Source of the DNA: Octopus sinensis
Lineage: Eukaryota
Assembly: GCF_006345805.1 (NCBI RefSeq)
Contig: NC_043013.1
Span: forward strand, 43,648,001-43,712,000
Direction: 5' to 3'
Length of the DNA stretch: 64,000 nucleotides
Under the pieces are notes generated by a model that was given only the letters and a program-made list of their open reading frames with translations, was not told the DNA's origin and made no database searches. Positions 12,431-26,479 of the stretch are shown here, piece by piece (position 1 is the first letter of the stretch; every line of letters begins with the position of its first letter). The translations under genes and the position numbers were made by a program.

Positions 12431-13699
12431 TATTTCTTTATTGCCCACAAGGGGCTAAACACAGAAGGGACAAAGGGATTAAGTCAATTACATCGATCCA
12501 AGTGTATAACTGGTACTTAATTTATCGACCCTGAAAGGATGAACGGTAAAGTCGACCTCGGTAGAATTTGAACTCAGAACGTAACGACAGACAAAATACC
12601 ACTAAGCATTTCGCCCGGAGTGTTAACGTTTCTTATTTCTTTATTGCCCACAAGGGGCTCAACACAGAGGGGACAAACAAGGACAGACAAAGGGATTAAG
12701 TCGATTATATTGACCCCAGTGCATAACTGGTACTTAATTTATCGACCCTGAAAGGATGAACGGTAAAGTCGACCTCGGTAGAATTTGAACTCAGAACGTA
12801 ACGACAGACAAAATACCGCTAAGCATTTCGCCCGGAGTGTTAACATTTCTTATTTCTTTATTGCCCACAAGGGGCGAAACACAGAGGGGACAAACAAGGA
12901 CAGACAAAGGGATTAAGTCGATTATATCGACTCCCAGTGCATAACTGGTACTTAATTATCGACCCTGAAAGGATGAACGGTAAAGTCGACCTCGGTAGAA
13001 TTTGAACTCAGAACGTAACGACAGACAAAATACCACTAAGCATTTCGCCCGGAGTGTTAACGTTCTTATTTCTTTATTGCCCACAAGGGGCTCAACACAG
13101 AGGGGACAAACAAGGACAGACAAAGGGATTAAGTCGATTATATTGACCCCAGTGCATAACTGGTACTTAATTTATCGACCCTGAAAGGATGAACGGTAAA
13201 GTCGACCTCGGTAGAATTTGAACTCAGAACGTAACGACAGACAAAATACCGCTAAGCATTTCGCCCGGAGTGTTAACATTTCTTATTTCTTTATTGCCCA
13301 CAAGGGGCGAAACACAGAGGGGACAAACAAGGACAGACAAAGGGATTAAGTCGATTATATCGACTCCCAGTGCATAACTGGTACTTAATTTATTGACCCC
13401 GAAAGGATGAAAGGCAAAGTCGACCTCGGTGGAATTTGAACTTAGAACGTAACAGCAGACGAAATACCTATTTCTTTACTACCCACAAAGGGCTAAACAC
13501 AGAGAGGAAAAACAAGGACAGACACATGGATTAAGTCGATTATATCAACCCCAGTGTGTAACTGGTACTTAATTTATCGACCCCGAAAGGATAAACGGTA
13601 AAGTCGACCTCGGCAGAATTTGAACTCAGAATGTAACGGCAGACGAAATACTGCTAAGCACTTTGGCCAGTGTGCTAACATTTCTGCCATGGACTACTT
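12431..13699 (-). mobile_element. Head-to-tail concatemer of six SINE units inside one 16-bp target-site duplication
   Basis: Tails start at 12431, 12634, 12851, 13067, 13284, 13469; ctgccatggactactt at 12416-12431 and 13684-13699. Confidence 0.9.
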
Positions 13700-13704
13700 G
13701 CATA

Positions 13705-14030
13705 GTACTGGCACACCGTCGGTTATGACAACGAGGTTTCTAGTTGATCCAATCAACAGAACAGCCTGCTCATGAAATTGATGTGCAAGTGGCTGAGCAC
13801 TCCACAGACACGTGTACCCTTAACGTAGTTCTCAGGGAGATTCAGCGTGACACGGTATGTGACAAGGCTGGCCCTTTGAAATACAGACGCTATTCGTTTT
13901 TGCCAGCTGAGTGCACTGGAGCGATGAAGAACTAAAGTGTTTTGCTCAAGGACACAATGCGCAGCCTGGAATTGAACTCACAACATTATAATCATGAGCG
14001 AAATACCCTAACCACTAAGCCACACGCTTT
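13705..14030 (-). mobile_element. tRNA-headed SINE with a long body; related copies at about 36290-36510 and 57836-58140
   Basis: Shared gtagttctcagggagattcagcgtgacac...gacaaggctggccctttg core and accactaagccac head. Confidence 0.75.
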
Positions 14031-15914
14031 CACTACTTGGAGTAAGAGACTTAATCCAGTGTACAGCCATCTGGCACATTGGGTGTCTTTAGTAAACTTC
14101 CCACTGTTGGAAGCATTCTGGCCAGGTCCCTAGGGTTTGAGAATACCTTCCTCCTTGCCTCTCTCCCAGATGCCCTTCGGTCATTGAACTTTGACCTTGC
14201 AGGGACACCATCTTTTATTAAAAAACTGTACCTTAGTACTTAGCCATTCAATGAATTGGATTTATAAAATGAGTACCGGGTTATGTTGCACTGAATTACC
14301 TCCCTTAGACGCTGTCACCCTTTTACAAACTTATCTTACAATTTTACAAGTTTTATATTTGTATAAGGAAATGGATTTGTCAGTGAGGCACACACACACC
14401 CTCACTCTCTCTTTTTCATATACACTCACACATTCACCCTCCTTCACTCACACGTTCACCCTCCTTCACTCACGTTCACACTCCTTCACTCTCTCACACA
14501 CACATTCACTCTCATGCGCATGCACATTCACACACACACACACACACTCACATTCACTCTCTCATGCACACACACACACACACACACACACATTTACTCT
14601 CTTGCACGTATACACATTCACTCACACACACATTCATGTTCTCTCTCTCTCACACACACCTTCACTCGCATACACACACACACACATTCACTCTCTCATA
14701 CACACACACATTCACTCTCATACACACACACACACACATTCGCTCTCTCATGCACACACACATTCACTCTCTCATGCACACACACATACACACACATTTA
14801 CTCTCTCGCATGTATACACATTTACTCTCTTGCACGTATACACATTCACTCACACACACATTCATGTTCTCTCTCTCTCACACACACCTTCACTCGCATA
14901 CACACACACACACACACACACATTCACTCTCATACACACACACACACACATTCGCTCTCTCATGCACACACACATTCACTCTCTCATGCACACACACACA
15001 CACACACATTTACTCTCTCGCATGTATACACATTTACTCTCTTGCACGTATACACATTCACTCACACACATTCATGTTCTCTCTCTTTCACACACACCTT
15101 CACTCGCATGCACACACACACACATCATTTGCCTGATTTCCAATCTCCCAAATTTCAGTTGTTGATCAATCTGATATGCAATGATTGAAGACTCTTGCCC
15201 AAAGTGTCTTACAAGTGGATTGAACATGGAAACGTGGTTACAAAACAAAATCTCCCTACTATGTGGCCAGTCTGGTAAACTGGAGCAAGCAGGGTTATGT
15301 GGTTTGTTCAAAGGCCCAACACAGTGGCTCCAGTAAAATTTGAACTCACAACAGCATGGTCAGAAGTCCACCTCTTTAATCTCACCTCCATTGTATTTTA
15401 CTTAATTCTCAAATAATACTCTTTACTCTTTACTTGTTTCAGTCATGTGACTGTGGCCATTCTGGAGCACTGCCTTTTTAGTAGAGCAAATCGACCCCAG
15501 GACTTATTCTTTGTTAGCCTAGTACTTATTCTATCGGTCTTATTTGCCGAACCGCTAAGTTACGGGGACATAAGCACACCAGCATCGGTTGTCAAGCGAT
15601 GTTGGAGGGACAAACGCAGACACACATACATATATATATATACACACACACATATCTACAACGGGCTTCTTTCAGTTTCCGTCTACCAAATCCACTCACA
15701 AGGCTTCGGTCGGCCCGAGGCTATAGTAGAAGACACTTGCCCAAGGTGCCACGCAGTGGGACTGAACCCGGAACCATTTGGTTGGTAAACGAGATACTTA
15801 CCACACAGCCACTCCTACACCTATATTGAATATTTTGAAATTACTTTTTAAAAATTTTAATATCTTTTATTTATTTATTTGAATGTTATCTTTTTTTCTC
15901 TATTTATCTTCCAG

Positions 15915-15962
15915 TCTTTCTTCAAAAATTACCCAGAAATATTTGACAACATGAAGTTTTAA
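15915..15962 (+). CDS. DNPEP: DNPEP terminal coding exon: SFFKNYPEIFDNMKF-stop
   Basis: Long pyrimidine tract ending ttccAG, phase 0, TAA at 15960-15962; aligns to human GFFELFPSLSHNLLVD-stop. Confidence 0.9.
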   Translation, partial: SFFKNYPEIFDNMKF

Positions 15963-16705
15963 CCAGTTTCAACAAGCAATGATGCTTTTGGCTGCTGGAT
16001 GTTTGATTGCAACAAATAGAAATGAAATTATATTTTGTAGTATTTAGTCCCAGTTCTTTTCATTGTGTTCAAATCCTGCCATGGCCTCGATTTTTACCAT
16101 TTTCATCCTTCCAACACTGATTAAAAATAAACTAGCAGTTAAGTATTGTGGTTGATAAAAACTGACTGAGCCCCACCACTGTCGAGTTTCCAGCCTTGTA
16201 CATCTCAATAAGAAATTATCATAATTTGTCAAGTGAATGCTGTTGAGTTAGTGCCATAGCCAAAGTTCTTAATATTCCCAAAAGTGACATATTTGTTAAC
16301 CCATTTCCTTTATGACATAATATTGATTCAGACAAATGCAACTCTCATATTTGTGTATATACATATAAACATACATGCACCATAAGTCTATACACACGGA
16401 CCTTCTGTATTTGTACAATAGATATCTGTTTGAGTATATGTTTGTAAATATATCAAGTCATTCCATGAGTAATGTCTGAATTTTGGGTAAGGAAATCCCA
16501 TCATTATCTATGACTTCCTTTCATCTAGTCATCAGTTTTTTTTAATCTCATTGGTAAAAAAAAACTCCTTTGACGTTGCTGAGAAAGATGAAGAGAAGTC
16601 AGTTTCAGCCTCTCTGGAGCTTTTGAGTACTAATCCATCTAAGTGAGTCTGTAAGCTTTGAAACAAATGGTAATCATTAGGAGCAAGGTCCAGGGAATAA
16701 TACTG

Positions 16706-16737
<32 letters not shown>

Positions 16738-17329
16738 TTCAAAGCAGCACCTAAATGCTCTAATTGTTGGCAATAGGTGTGAGCAGTAATTATTGCATTA
16801 GTTGGTAGCAGCTCAAAGTGGATGACTCTAATGCAATCTCACCATACAGAAGAAGAACCTTTTTTGACTGGAGGTTCTTTTTGGGTTGTTGTTTAGCCTG
16901 TTCTCCACAACTAAGCCTTTGCCTGATCACTTAACATTTTCATTAAAAAAATCCATTTTTCATCACCGGTCACTAACCTGTCCCAAAATGGTGAGATATG
17001 TTCACGAGAGTGATGAGATGAACAGATGCCCACTCATGATTTTCAGTTGGCTTCTGTCAGATCATGGAAAACCCATTTTCTGAGTTTGAGCACCTTTCCA
17101 AGCTGTTTAAAGATGGTAGTGAATAGTTGAATGGCTTGAATTGAGCTTGCTTGCCAATTCTTCAACTGACACAACATTATCCTTCTGAACCAATGACAAA
17201 TGAAACTCATCAAATTCAACAGAGCATCCTATTCATGTCCTCTCTCTCTTAGGCTATTTTTAAACTTTGTAAACCATCTTCTATAACTTCTTTTGTTCAA
17301 ACATTCTTCCCCATAAACAACTGGATGTT

Positions 17330-17446
17330 TCAGGTTGCCCCTCTTGCACCGTTTCTCTTTGTGAACTCATTTATGTGCCTTAAATGCTCATTCAATATAT
17401 CCATCTTTGAGGGGTTAATATTAGTAATTATTTCAGTCAGGTTATT
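17330..17446 (-). CDS. Terminal coding exon of an unidentified gene convergent with DNPEP: NNLTEIITNINPSKMDILNEHLRHINEFTKRNGARGAT-stop
   Basis: Minus-strand acceptor cttaatataatttctctttacAG (branch-like site plus pyrimidine tract), then an open phase-0 frame to TGA, in non-repetitive sequence. Confidence 0.65.
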   Translation of the reverse strand, partial: NNLTEIITNINPSKMDILNEHLRHINEFTKRNGARGAT

Positions 17447-18280
17447 CTGTAAAGAGAAATTATATTAAGTGAAAGGTTTCCAAATTCATATGAGTGTCGA
17501 TCAATATCATTTGACATTTTAGAATACTGTAAAATTTGATAGAAATTACACATGTAAAATATACAAGGAATTTTTGCCAGGGTGACTTAAACTAGTAGGT
17601 TTGCACTCTGAATGCTCAATTTGGTATGCCACTAAAATTCTGCTCTCCCTCTCTGGTGACGGAACATTGTGTTGAGCAAGAATTCCATAGTCCAACAATT
17701 CCAAGAGTTGGGATATTCTAGAAACAGCTGTTAGAGACTATGTACACCTTTTTATTATGTCGCTAAATTAAATGTCCTTATCAAATCTTGCTAAACCGTT
17801 TGCCTCTTTCTGTTTTAATCTATAGAAATTACATGTATGATATTTCAGACAATATTCATGGGATGACCTGATATATATGTATAATATATATGTATGTGCA
17901 ATATATGTATAATGTATGTGTATGTGTAATATATGTATATGTGCAATATATATGTATAATATATAAATATAATATATAATCAGTTAATAAAAAAACATAT
18001 ATCAGAAAGAAATACACTCTCAACGATGTAGTGGACTTTGTAAGACACTCTGTAACCAGGTCACAGATAGACACTTATTAAAATAACATATCAGAATATA
18101 TATATATATGTATGTAATATACATATTATATATAATATGTAATAAATAATGTAGTATATATAATGTAACATATGTATATGCACCCTTATACAAGATGTGT
18201 ATTTTCACATATGCACACACACATATAAAGTGCATGTGTGTATATATGTATGTATATATGTATATATATATGTATATATG

Positions 18281-18314
<34 letters not shown>

Positions 18315-21300
18315 TGCACTTTGCATGTGTGTGTATATATAAATAGACATCTTGCATGAAGGTGCATATATATATATATATATATATATTGGAGCATTAT
18401 GTATGACATATATATTTCATGTCTGTCCAAAACTTTTTTCCCTAAAGGGAATTTTCTTTTCATCCACTTAAAACTGCGGCAGAAAATAGGGTTGGGTTTC
18501 TTGTAGATTCTGTGTATGGAGAACGTATATGCACATATACACGTTTGTGTATGTCTGCGTGTGTCCATTCAGATGCTGTAATACATGGCACACATACATC
18601 ACTGCCATCTGCACACCATAAATACACCAATTTCTGTGGAAAGCTCCCAGCATACACTAACAATGACAAACAAATTTCCTTAATTAAGTGAACTTTCCAA
18701 AAATTTATGAACATTATGACTAAGAATTTCAATAATCGTTAAGATTTTATGTAAAATTATTTTTTTTAAAGATCAAATGCATATGAAGGAAGAAATAAAA
18801 ATAAAATCATTTCTTATAAAATTCTGATTTGCTTTTGTGTTAATTTGCTGTTGATAATCAGGGCTTGATTGAGACCCATACAAGCCCTAAGCACTTAAAA
18901 GATTTAAGTGTCCCCATATATAGAGAGGTATAAATTTGAAATAATAAGGGTGAAAAATTGAATATTAATTTGATTAATATCAATTTAAAACCAGTGGCCT
19001 AGCATATAGAAAAATCTGTAGATTCAGAAAAATTGTATTACATACATATAAGAGGGATGACCACTAAGTGGACATCCATTATGCTAGAAGTCAACTTCTA
19101 GCATAATACATGTCCACTATTAGTCATCCCTCTTATATGTATGTAATAGAGAGAGATATATGTACTTAATTCAAAATGAAACAAATCTAACAGTAAAATG
19201 GAAAATGTTTATTTTTGTATATTTCCACTTTATTTGAAAAGTTTTTTTTTTCTTTTAATTACATAAATTAAAGCTCCATGTGGCTCCAGCAGAAGGTAAT
19301 GGCAAACTTCCGCTGACTCCTTCGCCACAACTTTTTCTCACTCTTTCCTCCTGCGTCTAGCAGCTCACCTGCAATGGACCAGCATCCCATCCAGGTGGGG
19401 AACCTATATGCCAATGAAACCAGGAAACCAGCCCTTATGAGCCAGGCATGGCTTGAGAAGGAACAAACAACAACAAATATATATATATATAAAGCACCGT
19501 TCGAGCGTGATCGTTACCAGCATCGCCTTACTGGCACTTTTGCTGGTGGCACGTGAAAAGACATTCGAGCAGGGGCATTGCCAGTGCTGCTGGACTGGCT
19601 CCTGTGCAGATGGCATGTAAAAAAAACACCATTTGAGCATGCCTGTTGCCAGCACCACCTGACTGGCCCTAGTTCCGGTGGCACTTAAAAGCACCCACTA
19701 CAGTCTCAGAGTGGTTGGCATTAGGAAGGGCATCCAGCTGTAGAAACTCTGCCAGATCAGATTGGAGCCTGGTGCAGCCATCTGGTTTGCCAGTCCTCAG
19801 CCAAATCGTCCAACCCATGCTAGCATGGAAAGCGGACGTTAAACGATGATGATGATAATTGAAGAACTTGAGTCAGGAAGTTGGAGCACAGTTGGACATT
19901 TGTTTATCATTAGCGAAATGCTAATGCATATATTAAAAATTAATATAAACAGCTGCTTGTATTAATTTTTAATATATGCATTAGCATTTCGCTAAATCAG
20001 CCATAAATTTTCATTGCAAAAACATATATATTGACAGCTGGATTTAGCCAAACCATTGAGCACTTGAGTTGTCCCCACTCATGAGCCTACAACTGATAGA
20101 CAAAACTAGTCTAGTCTAGTTATCCTAGAGATGCTCATGGGGCAGTTATCTCAGCTGTCAGTGTATATACATTGCATGCTTCTCACAGCATTAAGAGATT
20201 TTAAATCTTATCTCTAGCAATCTAGGTTTTTTTTTTTCACCCTCACTCACAATTAGCGATGATTAAATTGTTCCTTTATGGTATTATATTGTGCCTAGCT
20301 GTTTATATTAATTTATATTTTTTTTTTCCCCTTTTTTATTCCTTTTACTTGTTTTGGTCATTTGCCCAACTAAAAGGCAGTACTCCAGCATGGCCGCAGT
20401 CAAATGACTGAAACAAGCAAAAGAGTAAGAGTAGGTGCCTCACTTCTAGTAGGCTTCCAGCACCCTGGACAACAACCTGGAATTTTTGAGGTCCCATACT
20501 ATTACCTCCAGTACTTGATTGGTAATTCATTTTATTATTGTTAAGCTCAAGACCTTAACAATAATAAGAACAATAACAACAACAATTAACTGAGAGATTA
20601 CAATGTGTACATGAATATGATTACTCTATGATTATGAATTCAAACCTTACTAAAAATACAGATACAGATATTACTGAGAATCAAAATAAGGATGACATGT
20701 CTCTAGGCCACAGTCTGTCTACTTGACACCATCTTAATGACTCATAATAGGAACAGTATCCAGTTGTGAAAGGAAAACAATGACAACCATAGAAACAGGT
20801 TAGTTGCTTCAGCCTCAGTACTTGACCGACACTTTATTGAGCCTGCAATGATGAAAGGCTAAGTCAACCCGGGCAGGATTTGTATTCAGAATGCAAAAAG
20901 CCAGAACAAATATCACAAAGCACCCTAATGATTTTGCCACAATAATAATAATATAATAATAATAATATTGGTTTCAAATTTTGGCACAAGGTCAGCAATT
21001 TCAGAAGCTAAATCGATTACAATGACCCCAGCACTTGGCTGGTACTTATTTTATCAACTCTGAAAGGACAAAAAGCAAAGTCGACCTCAGTGGAATTTGA
21101 ACTCAGAATGTAAAAACTGATAAAATGCCACTAGGCATTTTGCCTGATGTGTTAACGATTCTGCCAGCTCACCACCACCACCGCCACCGCCACCACCATA
21201 ATAAGAGCACTCAGTGCAAACCTCCACCAATCAGTACATGCCAGTCATGAGGCCAAACATCCCCGAAAGTTTCATTCGAATCTATCCAGCTGTTCTTGAG

Positions 21301-21834
21301 ATATCTTGTCCACAGACAAACAAACAAAAGTGACTGGAAACAATACTTCCACCTTTACAATACTTTACAGGCAGAAGTAATAATCCTTTCTATTATAAAC
21401 ACAAGGCCTGAAATTTGGGGGAGGGGACTAGTCGATTACATCGACCCCTGTACTCAACTGGTATTTCATTTATTGACCCCCAAAAGGATGAAAGGTAAAA
21501 TAGACCTCACTGAAATTTGAACTGAGAATGTAGCAATGGGCAGCTTGCCACCTTAATAATAATAATAATAACAACAACAATCCTTTCTATTATAGGCACA
21601 AGGCCTGAAAGTTGGGGGAGGGGACTAGTTGATTACATCAATCCCCATACTCAACTGGTATTTAATATACCAGCCCCGAAAGGATGAAAGGTAAAGTCAA
21701 CCTCAGTGGAAATTGAACTTAGAATGTAGTGATGGGTAAAATACCACTAAGCCTTTCGTCCAGCACGCTAATGATTCTGCCAGCTCACCACCACCACCAT
21801 CATAATAATAATAATAATGATAATAATAATAATG

Positions 21835-22200
21835 AAATTATTGTATACAGTGCTCAGGTGCACCACAACTTGTCAAAAGTGCATATAGAGTATATGCAGT
21901 AATGTACAAATGTCTGGAAAGTGAACAGTGAATGAGTCAGATACATGCTTGCGTGTGTATGGAGGGGAGAAAATCAGGTGTAGTGTTGGCGAATCTCAGG
22001 AAGCATGGAAGTTTTGAAGGATGCAGTGCTCTGACAACTAACAAGTTTGTTCCATACTTCAGCAACTCTTAGGGTGAAATGTTTCTGAAAGTCATGGGAG
22101 CTGTGCTGTTTTCTGACTTTGTAAACATGTCCATGGATGTTAGAGAGGTAGAGTTTGAAAAGATGCTCAGAGTTATTGTTAGTACGATGGTTAATAATTT
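21835..22200 (-). mobile_element. CR1-type LINE 3' end (second family); closely related copy at about 24516-24830
   Basis: Translates to HGHVYKVRKQHSSHDFQKHFTLRVAEVWNKL...FKTSMLPEIRQHYT-stop. Confidence 0.8.
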
Positions 22201-22485
22201 TATTTATCTTTATAATAATGATAATAATAATAATAATAATAATAACGCTAAATATCAACAACACTTTTTTGACCTTTTGTTAAATGATGTGGTCAAAAGA
22301 GGAAACACTGTGCATATCAACCCATTCAAGACTTCCGAAACTTGTGGAAAGAAATAGGAAGTTGTTCTGATGCTGAACACCAAACCCAAATGTTTGTTTG
22401 CAACCGAATGAATCCCTGCTGAAATCCCCTAACGGTCAAAATGCTGATGTTAAACAAGGAATTGGATTACATCAACCATACTTAC

Positions 22486-22597
22486 GCACAAGCAGCCTCG
22501 TATCATACGCTCAAATGTTTCCCTGTACTCCATGCTAAACTGGTCCACATGGCCATCAGCTATACTTAGATAAACACATTCGAAGCAAACTATGTAA
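22486..22597 (-). CDS. Penultimate exon of the same gene: (YIVCFECVYLSIA)DGHVDQFSMEYRETFERMIRGCLC; acceptor either at 22597 or 22559
   Basis: GTAAGT donor at 22485, ends phase 0 matching the terminal exon; open frame in unique sequence; two candidate AG acceptors. Confidence 0.62.
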
Positions 22598-25500
22598 CTG
22601 TGTTAGAGACATGATTTACTTATACACATTCTTTCTATCTGTCAGACATTTGTTGTTTCTTTCTTTCTCTGCAGTTTTCGTGTCTGTCAGTAACTGGATA
22701 CTGCAACAAATCTCTCTCTAAACAACAAGCTCACCTCGTTTCCTTGTCTTCAATTCAACACCAAACTTCCTTCATTTGCTAAGTCAACTGATCTTAATTA
22801 CACTCACATTCTTTTCTTCTCCTTCCACAACACTTACTCTTTTTCTCTTCTTTCAGCTTCCCCTGCTCTCTCTCTTGCTCTCTGTCCAAACATATACATA
22901 TACATAAATGCACACACACATACTATAATATATATATATATATATATATAAATATACTCTTTTACTCTTTTACTTGTTTCAGTTATATGCCTGTGGCCAT
23001 GCTGCAGCACTGCCTTTAGTCGAGCAAATCGACCCCAGGACTTATTCTTTGTAAGCCTAGTACTTATTCTATCGGTCTCTTTTGCTGAACCGCTAAGTTA
23101 CGGGGACATAAACACACCAAGTGATGTTGGAGGACAAACACAAACATATACACACATACATACATAAATATATACATACTAGCTTAAGGTGACCCACTCT
23201 ACGCGCAGGTGAGGATTTGTTTGTTGGACCAATGTATTAATGTAGCATTGATTTATTGTTTTAAAACGAAAGAGGCAATGCATTTGTTTCTAAAAAAAAA
23301 AAAGACAAACGTCCACCAATGGGAAGACAGTTCATATTCGATTAGAGCACTTTGGGTACAATCATAAAATTGAAAAATGGTATTTTGGTGGCGAATATTG
23401 TCGAGGACTCTGAAAAAAAAAGAAGTTTTTTAACCTGCAGGAAGATAGTTTAAACCAAAACAGGCAGACTGTAAACTCACATTTGCAATAGTGTATGAAA
23501 TTAGAATTCACACCCAGCTCAGTTTTGTAGAAAGAGTATCACAACGTGAACTCATGAGTTGGGAGTTTGACTGACAGGGGTTATATGGTGACACATGCCA
23601 GTCCTTTCGACACCACCTAAACAATGGAACAGTGTATAAAATGTAATTAAAAACTCATTCACTTTATGAATGTCTTATGTTGGCGAAGAAACAATAACTT
23701 GACAAAACCGTTAAATGGAGACGTAGAAGGAATCGGAAAATGAGGAATAAAGAGACGAATGAGTTGGATCAAATGTTTGCAAACATCTTAACCCAATCTT
23801 CTTTATGAACCATGTTCTTTTTAATGTCTTTATTTTCAAGAATGAAGAGGTAATCAAGACGTGCAGAAGACGTTGCTTCTCAACCACATGGTTTCAGGTT
23901 CAATTCCACTGCATGGCATCTTAGGTAAGCGTCTTTTATTATAGCCCAGGGCAGACCAAAGCATTGTGAGTTGCTTTGATTGACAGAAACTCCTGAAAGA
24001 ACCCCATTGTATATATACGTGTGTGTGCGTGAGTGTCTGTATAATTGTGTAGCCTTGTCTTGACACTACATGACAGTTGTGAGTGAGTGTCATTGTCATA
24101 CAAGTAGTGTCGTTTATTTCCAACATCCTGCATCAACATGTCTGGTCATAGAGAGACATTAATTTGTTTGGAAACAAGCAAGGATCAGTGACAAGAAGGG
24201 GCATCTGGTTGTAGAAAATTTGCTCAATAATTTCCATACAAACATGGAAAAGTGGATGTAAAATTGTAATGATGATGATGACAATGACATACATACATCT
24301 GTATATTGGTACGTACATACATACATATATACATTTGTACAAATATAGGTGCCATCAAAACATCTGTCAAGGCTAAGCAAAACAGGCTGGACATTGTTGT
24401 CTGGGACAGACAAAAAAGTATGTGCTGTCATAGAGGCAGTGAGATGGCAGAAACGTTAGCATGCCAGGCGAAATGCATAGCAGTATTTCGTCTGCCCTGA
24501 GTTCAAATACCGGGAAGTGAACAGTGTATGAGTCAGATACCTGCTTGCGTGTGTATGGAGGGGAGAAAATCAGGTGTAGTGTTGGCAAATCTCAGGAAGC
24601 ATGGAAGTTTTGAAGGATGCAATGCTCCGACAACTAACAACTGATGCCGGCAGTTTGTTCCATACTTCAGCAACTTTTAGCATGAAAAAATGTTTCCGAA
24701 AGTCATGGGAGCTGTGCTGTTTTCTGACTTTGTAAACATGTCCACGGGTGTTGGACAGGTGGAGTTTGAAAAGGTGCTCAGAGTTATTGTTTGTAAGATG
24801 GTTAATAATTTTTTAACAGACCTATGATCAAAAGCATCCCACTCATGAGCATCCGATATTTATTTATGGCACGTAAAAGCACCATCCATTCGTGTCCGTT
24901 GCCAGCCTCGCCTGGCCCCCGTGCCGGTGGCACAAAGCACCATCCGTTCGTAGGGCCCCCGTGCCGGTGGCACGTAAAAGGACCATCCGTTCGTGGCCGT
25001 TTGCCAGCTCCGTCTGGCACCTGCGCAGGTGGCACGTAAAAAGGACCCACTACACACTCGGAGTGGTTGGCGTTAGGAAGGGCATCCAGCTGTAGAAACA
25101 CTGCCAGATCAGACTAGGCCTGATGCAGCCTTCTGGCTTCACAGACCCCAGTTGAACCATCCAACCCATGCTAGCATGGAAAGCGGACGCTAAATGATGA
25201 TGATGATGATGATGATACAATGCATTCAAGAGCCTCCATAATTCTGGATGCACATTCCTTCCTTCAGTACTAAATATCTTAGTGTGTAACTTTATAGAGG
25301 AGACTAGGCTGCTATTTCTTTCTAGGTCAACTGACAATGTACAACTCTTTCCTCTTTGGCTTGGTAGTTTTAATTAGCATAAGATAATGCTTATTTAGAT
25401 AAGGCTCAAGGAGACTGAGAAGTATAATATATTAGACAGCAGGTGACCTGGTGTTAGGGTAATGCTGTGAATAAGGTAATAAGAGCTGGGATATTAAGAT

Positions 25501-25953
25501 GCCTGGGGGGGTGGAAGAATAAGGTGTTGTGTGTTTTTTTATCATGGAGAGAAACTGAGAGAAGAATTTTTACTAATGTGTTGTGTTGAGATTATGAGAT
25601 GCAGGAAGTCTGTCGATTTGCAAGGTAGTGTGTTTTAATTGAAATGACTATGGAGAAAAATATTTATGTATTTGGGTGTGTGTATGTGTAAGTGTGTGTG
25701 CATGTGTGTGTGTATTTGTGTGTGTGTGTGTTGTGTGTGTGTTTGCGTTTGCATGTGTATGAGTGTGTGTGCGAGTGTGTGTGCGAGTGTGTGTATATAT
25801 GTGTGTGTGTGTGTGTATGTATGTGTGTTTGTGTGTGTGTGTGTGCATGTGTGTGTGCATGTGTGTGTGTGTGTGTTTGTGTTTGCATGTGTATGTGTGT
25901 TTGCGTGTGTATGTGTGTGTGTTTGTGTGTGTGTGTCTTTGTGTGTGTGTATT

Positions 25954-26004
<51 letters not shown>

Positions 26005-26355
26005 ACCCTTGTGTACATCGTGTGATGGTTGTGAGTGAGTATCACTGACATATAAGTGATGTTATTTGTTACCCTGTCTTCCATCTTCCATGAAAAACAT
26101 GCCTTAGCCATGGGGAAATATTAATTTGCTTGGATACAAATGAGGGTTAATGTGTATGTGTGTGCGTGTGTCCACACATATGAATGCGTGTGCACAGAGT
26201 GACGTCGGTGTATCTGCTTTTGGTGATTAGTATAATGAAAGACTCATGAAAATGCTATTGTAGGGTGTGATACAATAAAATGTGTGAATGGGATAGAGGG
26301 CAATTTAATCAATGGGGAAAGGACTTTTTGAAATTAGTTAAGTTCAGGATGATGA

Positions 26356-26388
<33 letters not shown>

Positions 26389-26444
26389 TCATCATCATCA
26401 TCATCAGCAGCAGCAGCAGTAGCAGCAGCAGCAGCAGTAACAGC

Positions 26445-26478
<34 letters not shown>

Positions 26479-26479
26479 G

